From assembly GCA_051884775.1 (NCBI GenBank), contig JBJEVY010000070.1, positions 2,033 to 66,032 of the forward strand: a stretch of DNA of 64,000 nt, written 5' to 3'. Source of the DNA: Candidatus Spyradenecus sp. Its GTDB lineage: Bacteria; Verrucomicrobiota; Kiritimatiellia; RFP12; DVOR01. The notes below the pieces were generated by a model. The model was not told the origin of the DNA. It was given only the letters and a program-made list of their open reading frames with translations, and did not search any database. Shown here one piece after another: positions 44,363 to 53,654 of this stretch. How positions within the stretch are numbered: the first letter of the stretch is position 1; each line of letters begins with the position of its first letter. The position numbers and the translations under genes are program-made.

Positions 44363-47300
44363 TTAAGGCTCCAGCTTGACGGTCAACTTAATCGCCTGCT
44401 CGCCGGTTGCGAGCGGGAGACACGGCGCTTGCGCCGGGACGATGGTGCATTGACCGTTCGTGAAGGTGGGGGACTTGAGGGCGTAGGCCGCAACCTTCTC
44501 GCCATTCGCGTAGAGGTTGAGGGTGCCATTGAGGCGACCGGAGCGGGCGGTGGCAGCGGCGCCGGAGCCCTCCTTAAGGCCGATGGTGACGGAGGTCAAC
44601 GGAATCCCCTCGGCAGTCACATTGCCGGCGGTAATGGCCTCGATACCGAACTCATAGGCGTAGGTCAGCGCGGCCGAAGAGGCCTCGTCAGCCGAGAAGG
44701 CCAGCGCGGCATTCAATAGCCACGCCTTCTCCGCCACATCGGCCCGATCCTCCTTCGATTGATCCTGCGTCACCAATGCCGCCGAGCCATTGAGCACCAA
44801 CGCCGGGTCGAGCACTGCCAGGGTCGTCTTGGTCCCCCCAAGCTCGGTCTCCACAGTATCCAGGCGAGCGACCACATCGCCATTGGCCGCCGCAAGGTAG
44901 GCAGAGCCCGCCTCGGTCTGCGCATTGGCCAACGCCTTGGCCCCGTCCAACGCGAGCGTGTGGGTGACCGTGCCAGCCTCCGCATCTGTCGCCGTCGAGA
45001 CCGGGTTCGCCTGAGTTGCCTCGGCCACAATCGCGTTACCTGTCTCCGAGCCCGCCGTCTGCGTCACCGACTGCACGGTTTCGCCCTGCTTGAGGTTGAT
45101 GGCCAACCCCGGCGAATCCGAGAGGTTCGTCGCATTCCCGGCGTTATCCTTCGTGACAATCGCCAAGTCCGAAACTGCGCCCTCGGCCTCAACCGTCAGC
45201 GTTGTCGTCGGTTGCTCGGCCGCAACCGTCGCCGCGCCCGAGTTCCCCTGCGAGGGACAGTAGGTCCCCGCCGGGTCATACGAGCCATTGCCAATCGCCG
45301 CCGGAACGGTACCGCCCGCTGCTGCCGCGCCAGCCGTGGCCGTAATCGTTGCCGTGGACGCAACGACAATCTGCCCGCCGTGCTGCGCGTGGTGCCCGCC
45401 GCCGATGGCCGAGGCGCCAGTACCGCCCACCGCCACCACCTGCGCGGTGCCGGAGAGGGTGATATTCGGGAAGTTCATTGGCGTGCCATACTGGATGCCA
45501 TTCTGGGCCCACGAATCGTGACCGCCACCAATGCCTGCGCCACCCTGGCCGCCATAGGCCCACACCTGCGCGCTGCCTGTAATAACCACTTGGTCGGGAT
45601 AGGCCCCGGCCGCCACCGAAGTGTAGGCGGGATAGCACGGAATGCGCCCGGAGCCAATCGCCGCGCCGGTGGGGCTATTGCACAGGGTCGGCGAAACGGC
45701 TGTGTAGGTGCCGCCCCAGTAGGCATAGGTTCCGGGGCCGGCGTTGACTGCGAGCACCTTGGCACTCCCACCAATAGTCACATTCGCTCGGTTGGCATAA
45801 CCGCCGCCAATCGCCGCGCCATCGGCAAGGTATCCCGAGACGTCCGTGGTGTTATCCGCGCCCGAGTAGACCGTCAACCCCACCGCCTCGGCAATCACCT
45901 CTGCCGCGCCATTGATGATAATTTCGCCTGACCCGAGACCGTAATTGCCCGAGCCAATAGCCGCCACAGAGGACTGTCCGATAGCCGTCACCTCCGCATC
46001 GCTGATGTAGATGCTCTCGACCGAGGCACGATAGGCCCCGCCGATGCCACACCCATTCGGCGAGCCCTTGGCAATCACCTTCGTTGCCGCGCCGGTAATC
46101 GAGATGGTCATCTCGTCCACCGCCGCCGTGCTGCGCCCACCGTAGGTGCCGATGCCCGCACCAAGCGCTGAGTTCGAGTTATTAAAGCGTTCGCCCACGG
46201 CAGCCCACCCTTGCTGTTCAGCCGTCACCGTGCCTCCGGTGATGTTCACAGCTGTAACGCCAATGCAGAAGCCGGCACCAATCGAAGCACCGTAATCCTT
46301 CGCCTTGGCAATCACCGTGCCCGAGGCGATTGAGATGGTGCCTCCGCGCGTATAGAGGGCATAACCCGTGTTGATATAGCCACCGCCGCCGATGGCCGCA
46401 GCGGCATAGCCGCCCAAGGCCGTGATTGTGCCCGTGCCTTGCAGGATAATATCGCCGGGTGCGTAATAATAGTATCCACCAATGGCAGCGGCCCACTTAT
46501 TTCCGGAGGCATCCACCACAAGGTCACCATCGCCCTGAATCGTCAGCACCGTTGTGCTTCCATAGACGCAAATACCGCCCGTAATCGCATTACTTCCCTT
46601 CAAGGTCAAGGCGCATGTGCCCGAGATATAGAGCGGCTGGAAGTGTGCAGTCGAAGCCGAGACCAGCGAAACCCCATCCAAGGTCACTTCTGCGTCCCAT
46701 TCACTCGACACCAACGAATAGTTTGCAGGCGTTGAGAGCGTCTTCCCATTGCCCCGCAAGGTAATCACTTGTGGCAAGGTGACATCATCCTCGATTGCGC
46801 AGTCTGCAACCAAGTCCACCGTATCTCCCGAGACGGCAGCTTCAACGGCTGCAGCGAAGGTGTCATAGCCCACCGTGCCGATGCGGGCGACGGCGGTATC
46901 GGAGAGGTGAATGGTGATGACGCTTTCGGTGGTGGAGGCGGTGCCATTGCCGACAGTATCCGCCAAGACCTTATTGCCGCCTGCGTCCGAGCCGATGGTA
47001 ATGGTGGAGACGCCCGTCTTACCCGTGCCACCGATGGCCGAAGCAGTGGCTCCATTGGTCGTGGCCGTAACGGAAGCCTCGCTATCAATGGTAATCGAGC
47101 CAATGGTGATGCCGAAGGTCGTAGCCGAACCGGCACCAATCGCCGCCGCGGAAGTTGAAGAAGCAACGATATTGGTTCCCGCGCCAGAGATGGAGATGCT
47201 GTCAGTGGCTGCCGTCTCAGCGTTAGAGACATTGGCGTAGTTCGCACCACCACCGATGGCCGAACCCGAATCTGAAGCCGCGACGATATCACCACCCTCA

Positions 47301-49813
47301 ATCGTGATGGTACCGAAGCAGGCATTCTGCCCGCCGCCAATGGCCGCACCAGCTGCATCATTCGTTAGCGTCATCAACGCGAGCCACGCCTCGGCTGTGG
47401 TCTCGTCCACCCCCATCTTGGCGGTCACCGTCGCCTGTTCAGGTTTAACATTGGTCGTCGCAACAATAGCTGGAGAGCCACTCATGGTGATTGTGGGCAC
47501 CACCTTCCCCTGTGAACCGGTGCCAATTGCCGCGCCAGCAGAGCTGTAAGCCAAAATCTTTCCACCCAAGAGTTGAATATCCGCCCCCGTGCCTGCGCTG
47601 TGCCAGCCCGTGCCGATACCTGCGCCGTTAAGACCAATGGCTACCACTGTACCATCTGTCACTTTGATTGTTCCGGAGGCCCCAGCCAGGCGTCCGCCGC
47701 CAATCGCAGCTCCGGAGTTCGAAACAGCGAGCACCGTACCCGTGCCAGCAAATGTCATAGCGCCGCTGCTCTCCCCTGCATCACCACCAATTGCCGCACC
47801 CTGCATCGCTCGGGCATCCAACGAACCCGTTCCCGTAAGGGTCAAACCACCGCCGCTCGGGACCTTAAGAGCCGCCGCCGTATCGTTCGCCGTGAGCGTG
47901 TTCGCACCCGTCAAAGTCACCGTTACACTCGAAGCGGGCAGGACCAATGCAGAATAGCCCTCTGTCGGCTTAATCGTCACATCCGAGAGCGTAACATCTC
48001 CTGCCGCTGCCACGGTGAGATTGGTGGCCACACCCTTCAACACCGTACCACTAGGAATGGAGAGTCGAGCCACTTCGTCATCGACCACCGTCACGCTCCA
48101 ATTCTCAGGAAGCACGCTGTTCGCCGTCAAGTCGGCTAGGTCAAACGCCTCTGCGGTCAATGTTTTGGGGAACTTCCCCGCTTCCTCGGCCTTGGTCGTG
48201 GTCACCGAAGCAAGCGGCGTGTAGGAGGCCACATTCTTGACTTCCGGAAGCGTCACCACATTCCGCCCCACGATGGCGACCGTTCCGTCGCACGCGTCAT
48301 TCACCGTCAGCGTCATTCCCGAGGTGCCGGAACGCTGGGCAAGCGTCATCGTGCCGGTGAAAGACCCCACCGTCAGACTATTGTTGCCCTCCACCTTGAA
48401 AGAACCCGCACATGTAATCGCCTTAAGATTGGCCCCATAGTCGTCACCCTCCGGGAAGACTAGTTCCGCGCCATCTGGCAATGCAACCGTCACATCGGCA
48501 TTCGCCCCTTTCAGGATAACCGCCTTATCGGTCGTCTTCACCGTAACGCTATCCCCACTCACCTCAACGGCCTCAGAGGGGGTTGCACTTTTATTCGCCA
48601 AATCAATAATCACGGCTCCCAAGATTCCCATGGGCGTGTTACCGCCGCGCGTATCCACACTCGCCGTCTCCGCCACCTCTAACGTGCAGGTTGAGGTCGA
48701 TGCCTCCACGCCATTACCCGGGCCAATCGCATAGGCTGCACCCGTTCCTGCCTGTGCCACCACCGTTGCTGTATCCGCGATTTTAATCGTTCCACCATCG
48801 GTCGAGCCCTTCGTGCCGGCTGAACCGCCAATCGCTACGCCCTTATCCGACGCAATCGCCGTTACCTGGGCAGTTCCACCAATCGTGATGTCCGGTGCAT
48901 TGTACGTCGAGCAATTCGCATTTTCGTTTGCACCTGCACCTATGGCTGCCGCACCAGGCACTCCCTCTGCCGAGATTGTCGCCGTCACCACCGCCGTGCC
49001 GTCAATGACAATCTTTGGCGTACGAGCCGACTCTCCGCCACCAATCGCTGCCGCACCGTAGGAACTGCTTGCCGTTACGGTACCTCCGTGAATTGCAATC
49101 GTCCCCGCTGCAGCTGTTTGTGCAAGCCATCCCGAACCGATTCCAGCCCCTTGGCAACCGATGGCTGTGATAACACCTCCGTTAATCGTGACATTGCCAA
49201 ATCCCAATCCATCATAGAGGCCATGCCCAATCCCCGATGCGCCGCCTTTAGATGTACACGCTGCCTTCAATTCGCCTGTACCACCCTCAATAATCAATGT
49301 GCCACCAGCGGGAACAGTAATGCCGGCATGACATGAATGATTGGCGCTACTCGAAATCGAATAACTGCCGGTAAAGGTGTTTTCCGTTCCATCAGTCAAG
49401 CGAAGCGTCACCGTATGGTTATCTGTGTAAAGCGTGTGGACATTAAGGCCGCCAACGCCGGCGGTGTAGTGTCCCGAAGGCTCAACCGTCACGCCATCCA
49501 AGGTAAGGGTGATGTCTGCCCCAGCTTTCAAACCAAACGCTGTCGCAGACCCCGTGAGCGTAAGGTCTGCCCCAATCACCAAATGGCGAACCTCCACTTT
49601 GGTCTTTTGAGAACCCAGTTCATAACTTGAATACTCATAGGTTGCGTTTGGGACGGTATCGCCATTCAACAGACGAACCGTTTGTCCGCTTCCTGTAGCG
49701 GAGAAGTAAGAGGTGTCAACCTGACCAAGGTCGAAGGTCGTCACCTCTGCGGCCTGCACAACGAGGCAGGCTGTGGCGCATAAGAGCGCGGAGAGTAAGG
49801 TCTTGGGGCTCAT
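44363..49813 (-). CDS. Giant secreted Gly/Ala/Thr/Ser-rich repeat protein (~1816 aa), beta-helix / Hep_Hag-like adhesin repeats (GAAIGGG, GAGIG units)
   Basis: Signal peptide MSPKTLLSALLCATACLVVQAAE. ggagga RBS. Dozens of degenerate x-AAIGGG/GxGIGxG repeats. No recognisable autotransporter barrel or sorting tag at the C-terminus. Confidence 0.7.
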   Translation of the reverse strand: MSPKTLLSALLCATACLVVQAAEVTTFDLGQVDTSYFSATGSGQTVRLLNGDTVPNATYEYSSYELGSQKTKVEVRHLVIGADLTLTGSATAFGLKAGADITLTLDGVTVEPSGHYTAGVGGLNVHTLYTDNHTVTLRLTDGTENTFTGSYSISSSANHSCHAGITVPAGGTLIIEGGTGELKAACTSKGGASGIGHGLYDGLGFGNVTINGGVITAIGCQGAGIGSGWLAQTAAAGTIAIHGGTVTASSSYGAAAIGGGESARTPKIVIDGTAVVTATISAEGVPGAAAIGAGANENANCSTYNAPDITIGGTAQVTAIASDKGVAIGGSAGTKGSTDGGTIKIADTATVVAQAGTGAAYAIGPGNGVEASTSTCTLEVAETASVDTRGGNTPMGILGAVIIDLANKSATPSEAVEVSGDSVTVKTTDKAVILKGANADVTVALPDGAELVFPEGDDYGANLKAITCAGSFKVEGNNSLTVGSFTGTMTLAQRSGTSGMTLTVNDACDGTVAIVGRNVVTLPEVKNVASYTPLASVTTTKAEEAGKFPKTLTAEAFDLADLTANSVLPENWSVTVVDDEVARLSIPSGTVLKGVATNLTVAAAGDVTLSDVTIKPTEGYSALVLPASSVTVTLTGANTLTANDTAAALKVPSGGGLTLTGTGSLDARAMQGAAIGGDAGESSGAMTFAGTGTVLAVSNSGAAIGGGRLAGASGTIKVTDGTVVAIGLNGAGIGTGWHSAGTGADIQLLGGKILAYSSAGAAIGTGSQGKVVPTITMSGSPAIVATTNVKPEQATVTAKMGVDETTAEAWLALMTLTNDAAGAAIGGGQNACFGTITIEGGDIVAASDSGSAIGGGANYANVSNAETAATDSISISGAGTNIVASSTSAAAIGAGSATTFGITIGSITIDSEASVTATTNGATASAIGGTGKTGVSTITIGSDAGGNKVLADTVGNGTASTTESVITIHLSDTAVARIGTVGYDTFAAAVEAAVSGDTVDLVADCAIEDDVTLPQVITLRGNGKTLSTPANYSLVSSEWDAEVTLDGVSLVSASTAHFQPLYISGTCALTLKGSNAITGGICVYGSTTVLTIQGDGDLVVDASGNKWAAAIGGYYYYAPGDIILQGTGTITALGGYAAAAIGGGGYINTGYALYTRGGTISIASGTVIAKAKDYGASIGAGFCIGVTAVNITGGTVTAEQQGWAAVGERFNNSNSALGAGIGTYGGRSTAAVDEMTISITGAATKVIAKGSPNGCGIGGAYRASVESIYISDAEVTAIGQSSVAAIGSGNYGLGSGEIIINGAAEVIAEAVGLTVYSGADNTTDVSGYLADGAAIGGGYANRANVTIGGSAKVLAVNAGPGTYAYWGGTYTAVSPTLCNSPTGAAIGSGRIPCYPAYTSVAAGAYPDQVVITGSAQVWAYGGQGGAGIGGGHDSWAQNGIQYGTPMNFPNITLSGTAQVVAVGGTGASAIGGGHHAQHGGQIVVASTATITATAGAAAAGGTVPAAIGNGSYDPAGTYCPSQGNSGAATVAAEQPTTTLTVEAEGAVSDLAIVTKDNAGNATNLSDSPGLAINLKQGETVQSVTQTAGSETGNAIVAEATQANPVSTATDAEAGTVTHTLALDGAKALANAQTEAGSAYLAAANGDVVARLDTVETELGGTKTTLAVLDPALVLNGSAALVTQDQSKEDRADVAEKAWLLNAALAFSADEASSAALTYAYEFGIEAITAGNVTAEGIPLTSVTIGLKEGSGAAATARSGRLNGTLNLYANGEKVAAYALKSPTFTNGQCTIVPAQAPCLPLATGEQAIKLTVKLEP

Positions 49814-49888
49814 CGTCTTTCCTCCATAGGTTTCGGGTCCACGCATCCAAGGCTGCGCAACCTACTATCATCGTCCAATGACACCCCT

Positions 49889-49916
49889 ATAATACTACCC
49901 CCCCCCAACAAGTCAA
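49889..49916 (-). promoter_or_regulatory. Putative promoter of the giant repeat-protein gene: TTGACT, 16-nt spacer containing a G9 homopolymer, TATTAT; A9 tract further upstream
   Basis: Minus-strand reading: cTTGACTtgttGGGGGGGGGtagTATTATagg, about 75 nt upstream of the ATG. An A-run (49931-49939) sits 14 nt upstream of the -35. Confidence 0.5.
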
Positions 49917-50216
49917 GCCCCGCGTGAAACTTTTTTTTTGAACAGGGCAAGATATGTGGAAGATGCGCCGAGCGCGAGCGGTGGAAAGCAGGGTGCAGCC
50001 ATGGACAGCACCGAACGCTTGCGGACTAGCGCGGAGGCTTGTGGTGGGCTAGCGCGGAGGCTGCTCGCCCCCACGCCCCTCGGGAGCGCAGAGCGCTCCA
50101 CCCCGGCCGATGCGCCCTCCGGGCACTTCGGCTATAGGCACGCCGAACGGGGGCTGCCAGGCCCACCCAGCCCTACCCCTGCCGCGCCCTTTCCCCGACC
50201 CCGCCCCGGGGCCGAT

Positions 50217-50460
50217 TATTAACCCTGAGGGATAATGCAATTAACCCTTAGGGTTAATTCAATTAAGCCTTAGGGATAATTCAATTAACCCTGAGGGATA
50301 ATGATTCCGCCCGGGCCGGGTTCGCCTCGAGGGAGGCCCGGGTTGACCTCGGACCCGGGCCGGGTTCGATAATTAACCCCACGGGGATAATTCAATTAAG
50401 CCCGTGGGGATAATTCAATTAAGCCCACGGGCTTAATTCAATTAAGTCCGGGGCTTAATG
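50217..50460. repeat. Two arrays of four tandem 22-bp units. Each unit is a 19-bp palindrome (ATTAACCCTnAGGGTTAAT type in array 1; ATTAAGCCCnnGGGnTTAAT type in array 2) plus a TCA linker. The arrays flank a GC-rich core with its own 15-bp direct repeat (cccgggccgggttcg)
   Basis: Read directly. No spacers between units, so this is not CRISPR-like. Confidence 0.85.
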
Positions 50461-50655
50461 GTTCCGCCCGGGCCGAGCGGGGGTTTGGGGGCCTGCCCCC
50501 AACGGCCTCTGCGGCGACGCGCGTCAGCGCGCCGCCGCTACGCGAGCCAAGGTGCCCCAAGATGCCAAAAGCCGACGTGCCCAAAGGGCGCGTCGGCCGG
50601 GGTGGAGCGTCCCACGCTCCCGAGGGGTGTGGGGGCAAGCAGCCCCCATCAAACA

Positions 50656-52290
50656 TCAGAGGCTGTGGGGGGTGGGCTTAGCGGGGTCGAGAGCCAAGTC
50701 AGCGGCTTCGGCAGCGAGGTCAGCGAAGGGCCGCTTATGCTTGGGGTGGATATTGTTCGCTTCGCCGAGTTTGCGCGAGAAGGTATCAAGATAGATGGCG
50801 TTGGGGGTGGCGGCGCAAACCTTCGCCTGGAGCTTGCGATAGGGTTCCCAGGGGCGATTCATCACGGGGAGGCCGACCATCAGGAAGGGGACCTTGTCGT
50901 TTGGCCGCAGGCTCTCAATCACCGCGCGCAGGGTCTCCTCCATATAGGCCTCCTCGAGGGGGGCATCCTTTTCGCCGCCGATGGCGACCGAGGCGTTGCT
51001 CTCGCCCTGGTACCACAGGACGCCGGTGAGCGGCAGGTGGCGGATGCGCGCAATCGCGCAGTTGTAGAGGCGGTTGACCTCCCACCCCACCGCTTCCTGA
51101 CGCAGGCGGTTGGGATAGACCTGCTTGCACCAGGTGCGCGGATAGTCCTCGTTCTGGTCCAGCGGCTTACGGTTGGTGACAATCTTGCTCAGGCGCGGAT
51201 ACTTGGGCGAACCATCGGGCTTGACGGCGGCCATCACGTCCGCGGCCAGGAAGGACTCGGTGGGGGCGCCACCCACGCCCACGAGCAGGAGGGCGATGGG
51301 CTTGCCCGAGGCGCGGGCGCGGCGGTTGGCAAAGGAGATGGCCATCGCGCTCCAAATGCCAGCATTCTGGGGCGTGATGCGCTGCCAGACCCCGCTGACG
51401 TAGTCCCAGAGCCAGATTTCGTGGGTGGCGGTCTCGGCGGCCTCTTCAGCGGCGGCGGTGCAGCGGTTGAGGGGCCAGAACATGTTGGATTGGCCGGCGC
51501 AGAGCCAGGTTTCGGCCTTGCCCTCCAGCCCCTCGGGGAGCGCGACGGGGCCGGGCGTGGGCCAAGGGAGGGCCCAGCCTTGGCTATTGGCGATGCGCTC
51601 GCGCGCGGCCTTGGCGCGGTCGACCTTCCCAGGCTTGAGGACCTCGGCCGTGGTGATGGCGATGAGGGCGGCGCCCTGGGCGTTGGGGTGGATCTTATCG
51701 GGGAAGAAGGTGGTCACATAGGGCTTGAGGGGCGTCTCCATATCGATGGCCACGGCGTTGACCTCGGCGGCCACCGCATCAAGCTCGCGCTGCATCAGGA
51801 AGGGCTCGGGGCTGCGGTAGAACTTCTGGCCGGGCGAGAGGGGCGAGAGCTTGGTCCAGATGTAAAACTTGGGCTGGGAGGGGAGCGCCTGATAGTCGGC
51901 CAAGAGCGCCAGGTAGTCCTTGCGGAAGGTGCCCGGAGCGCGGCGTTCGGTCTTGAGGAACTCGCCGCAGTCGTTGATGCCCAGATTGCAGATGACGATG
52001 TCCGGCTGCCAAGCCAGGGCCTCCTGGTGCTCCTTCATCGCGCGATAGGCGCGCTTCTCCTTGCCGCGCCAGGAGTGCTGGTAGATGCCGCGGCCCGGGT
52101 TGCCGAAGTTGCGAACCTCGTAATCACTCCCCAAGAGCGCCTGCAACTTGACGGGATAGGACTCTTTTTCGCGCGCCTTCAGTCCCGTGCCGAAGGTGAT
52201 CGAGTCGCCAATGCACGCCACCTTCACCCGCTGAGCCCACGCCCCCGCCGCCAGCACCACCGCCAACAAAACCAACACCAAACGCTTCAT
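50656..52290 (-). CDS. Secreted two-domain carbohydrate esterase: SGNH/GDSL hydrolase plus sialate-O-acetylesterase-like (SASA) domain
   Basis: Signal peptide. GDSIT (GDS motif) near the N-terminus. GQSNM motif in the second half. Confidence 0.6.
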   Translation of the reverse strand: MKRLVLVLLAVVLAAGAWAQRVKVACIGDSITFGTGLKAREKESYPVKLQALLGSDYEVRNFGNPGRGIYQHSWRGKEKRAYRAMKEHQEALAWQPDIVICNLGINDCGEFLKTERRAPGTFRKDYLALLADYQALPSQPKFYIWTKLSPLSPGQKFYRSPEPFLMQRELDAVAAEVNAVAIDMETPLKPYVTTFFPDKIHPNAQGAALIAITTAEVLKPGKVDRAKAARERIANSQGWALPWPTPGPVALPEGLEGKAETWLCAGQSNMFWPLNRCTAAAEEAAETATHEIWLWDYVSGVWQRITPQNAGIWSAMAISFANRRARASGKPIALLLVGVGGAPTESFLAADVMAAVKPDGSPKYPRLSKIVTNRKPLDQNEDYPRTWCKQVYPNRLRQEAVGWEVNRLYNCAIARIRHLPLTGVLWYQGESNASVAIGGEKDAPLEEAYMEETLRAVIESLRPNDKVPFLMVGLPVMNRPWEPYRKLQAKVCAATPNAIYLDTFSRKLGEANNIHPKHKRPFADLAAEAADLALDPAKPTPHSL

Positions 52291-52580
52291 CGTCGCATTC
52301 TCCTTTCAATCGCCGCGCCCTAGGCCCGACTGCTCTCTAAACCTCTAGCCGGACAGCCTGGTAGCGGGCCAGCACTTGATTGCACGCCAGTGCCACTTGG
52401 TGCTCGGCGAAGGAAAAGGGCGCAAGCGCAAAGTCAGGATCCGGCACCTGGCGCCGTGCCGGAAGGGGCCTGACATCCAGTAGCGAGCACGCACCGAAGC
52501 AGAATTGTTGTAGCTTCCGATTCATTGTGTTGCTCCGTTTTGGGGATCAACCCGCCCCCGCGCGGGGGGCGGGAAAGACA

Positions 52581-53612
52581 TTAGAGCACGTGGACGACCT
52601 TGTGGCCGGGGTTGACGCCGCCGATGACGACGGGCTTCTCACCGGCTTCTTCCAAGGCCTTGAGGGTGGCCCCGGCATCGGCCGTGGAGACGATGAGGAT
52701 GAAGCCAATGCCCATGTTGAAGACGCGGTACATCTCCTCCTTGGCCACGCCGCCCTTCTCGCCGATGAACTTGAAGACCTGCGGCACCTCCCAAGCGGCC
52801 GAGTCGATGGTAACATCAACGGTCTTGGGCAGGACGCGCGGGATATTGTCGTAGAAGCCGCCGCCGGTGATGTGGGCCATACCGTGGATGTCCACGCCGG
52901 CATCCATCACCTTGAGCACCGGCTTGAGGAAGCTCTTGTGGACGGCGAGGAGCGCATCGGCGCAGGTGGTCTCCGTGCCCGGGAGGAGATCCTCGGGCTT
53001 GAGGCCCTCCTGCTCGAAGATGACCTTGCGCGCCAGGGAGAAGCCATTGGTCTGCAGACCGCCCGAGGGCAGGCCGATGAGCACGTCGCCCACCGCAATC
53101 TTCTCGCCAGTGATGACCTTATCCTTCTTCACCTGGCCCACGATCGTGCCCACGAGGTCGTACTCGCCCACCGGGTAGAGACCGGGCATCTCGGCGGTTT
53201 CGCCGCCCAGGAGCGCGCAATTATTCTCGGCGCAGGCCTTGCACAGGCCCTTGACCACATCGTTGAAGATGGCCGAGTCGAAGACCGAGGCGCCGATGTA
53301 GTCCAGGAAGAAGAGCGGGGTGGCGCCCTGGACGAGGATGTCGTTGACGCAGTGGTTGACGATGTCCTGCCCAACGGTGTCGTGGCGGCCGGCCATCGCG
53401 GCAACTTTGAGCTTGGTGCCCACGCCATCGGCGGAGGCCACGAGAATCGTGTCGGCCCCCGGCGACTGGAAGAGCCCGCCGAAGCTGCCGATGCCGCCGA
53501 TCACACCGGGGGTGACCGTCTGCTTGACCATCTGCTTGATGGTCTCGATGCCGCTCATCTTCTTATCGATATCCACGCCGGCTGCGGCGTAGGCGCTGTT
53601 CTGCTTATCCAT
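52581..53612 (-). CDS. purM: Phosphoribosylformylglycinamidine cyclo-ligase (AIR synthetase)
   Basis: Canonical PurM sequence throughout (AGVDIDKKMSGIETIK...VASADGVGTKLKVA...HITGGG). Confidence 0.9.
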   Translation of the reverse strand: MDKQNSAYAAAGVDIDKKMSGIETIKQMVKQTVTPGVIGGIGSFGGLFQSPGADTILVASADGVGTKLKVAAMAGRHDTVGQDIVNHCVNDILVQGATPLFFLDYIGASVFDSAIFNDVVKGLCKACAENNCALLGGETAEMPGLYPVGEYDLVGTIVGQVKKDKVITGEKIAVGDVLIGLPSGGLQTNGFSLARKVIFEQEGLKPEDLLPGTETTCADALLAVHKSFLKPVLKVMDAGVDIHGMAHITGGGFYDNIPRVLPKTVDVTIDSAAWEVPQVFKFIGEKGGVAKEEMYRVFNMGIGFILIVSTADAGATLKALEEAGEKPVVIGGVNPGHKVVHVL

Positions 53613-53654
53613 AGTTTCGTCTGTCTTTCTGCTCTAGGATGAAAGGGAAAAGGG

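Noticed and set aside
50217-50460. Possible CRISPR array
   Set aside because: The repeats are contiguous 22-bp units with no unique spacers, each unit is palindromic, and there is no cas gene. This is a protein-binding-site-like tandem array, not CRISPR.
50458-52323. 621-aa plus-strand ORF
   Set aside because: Its N-terminus translates a REP-like intergenic repeat (homologous non-coding copies at 20250-20400) and the rest is antisense to the SGNH/SASA esterase gene.
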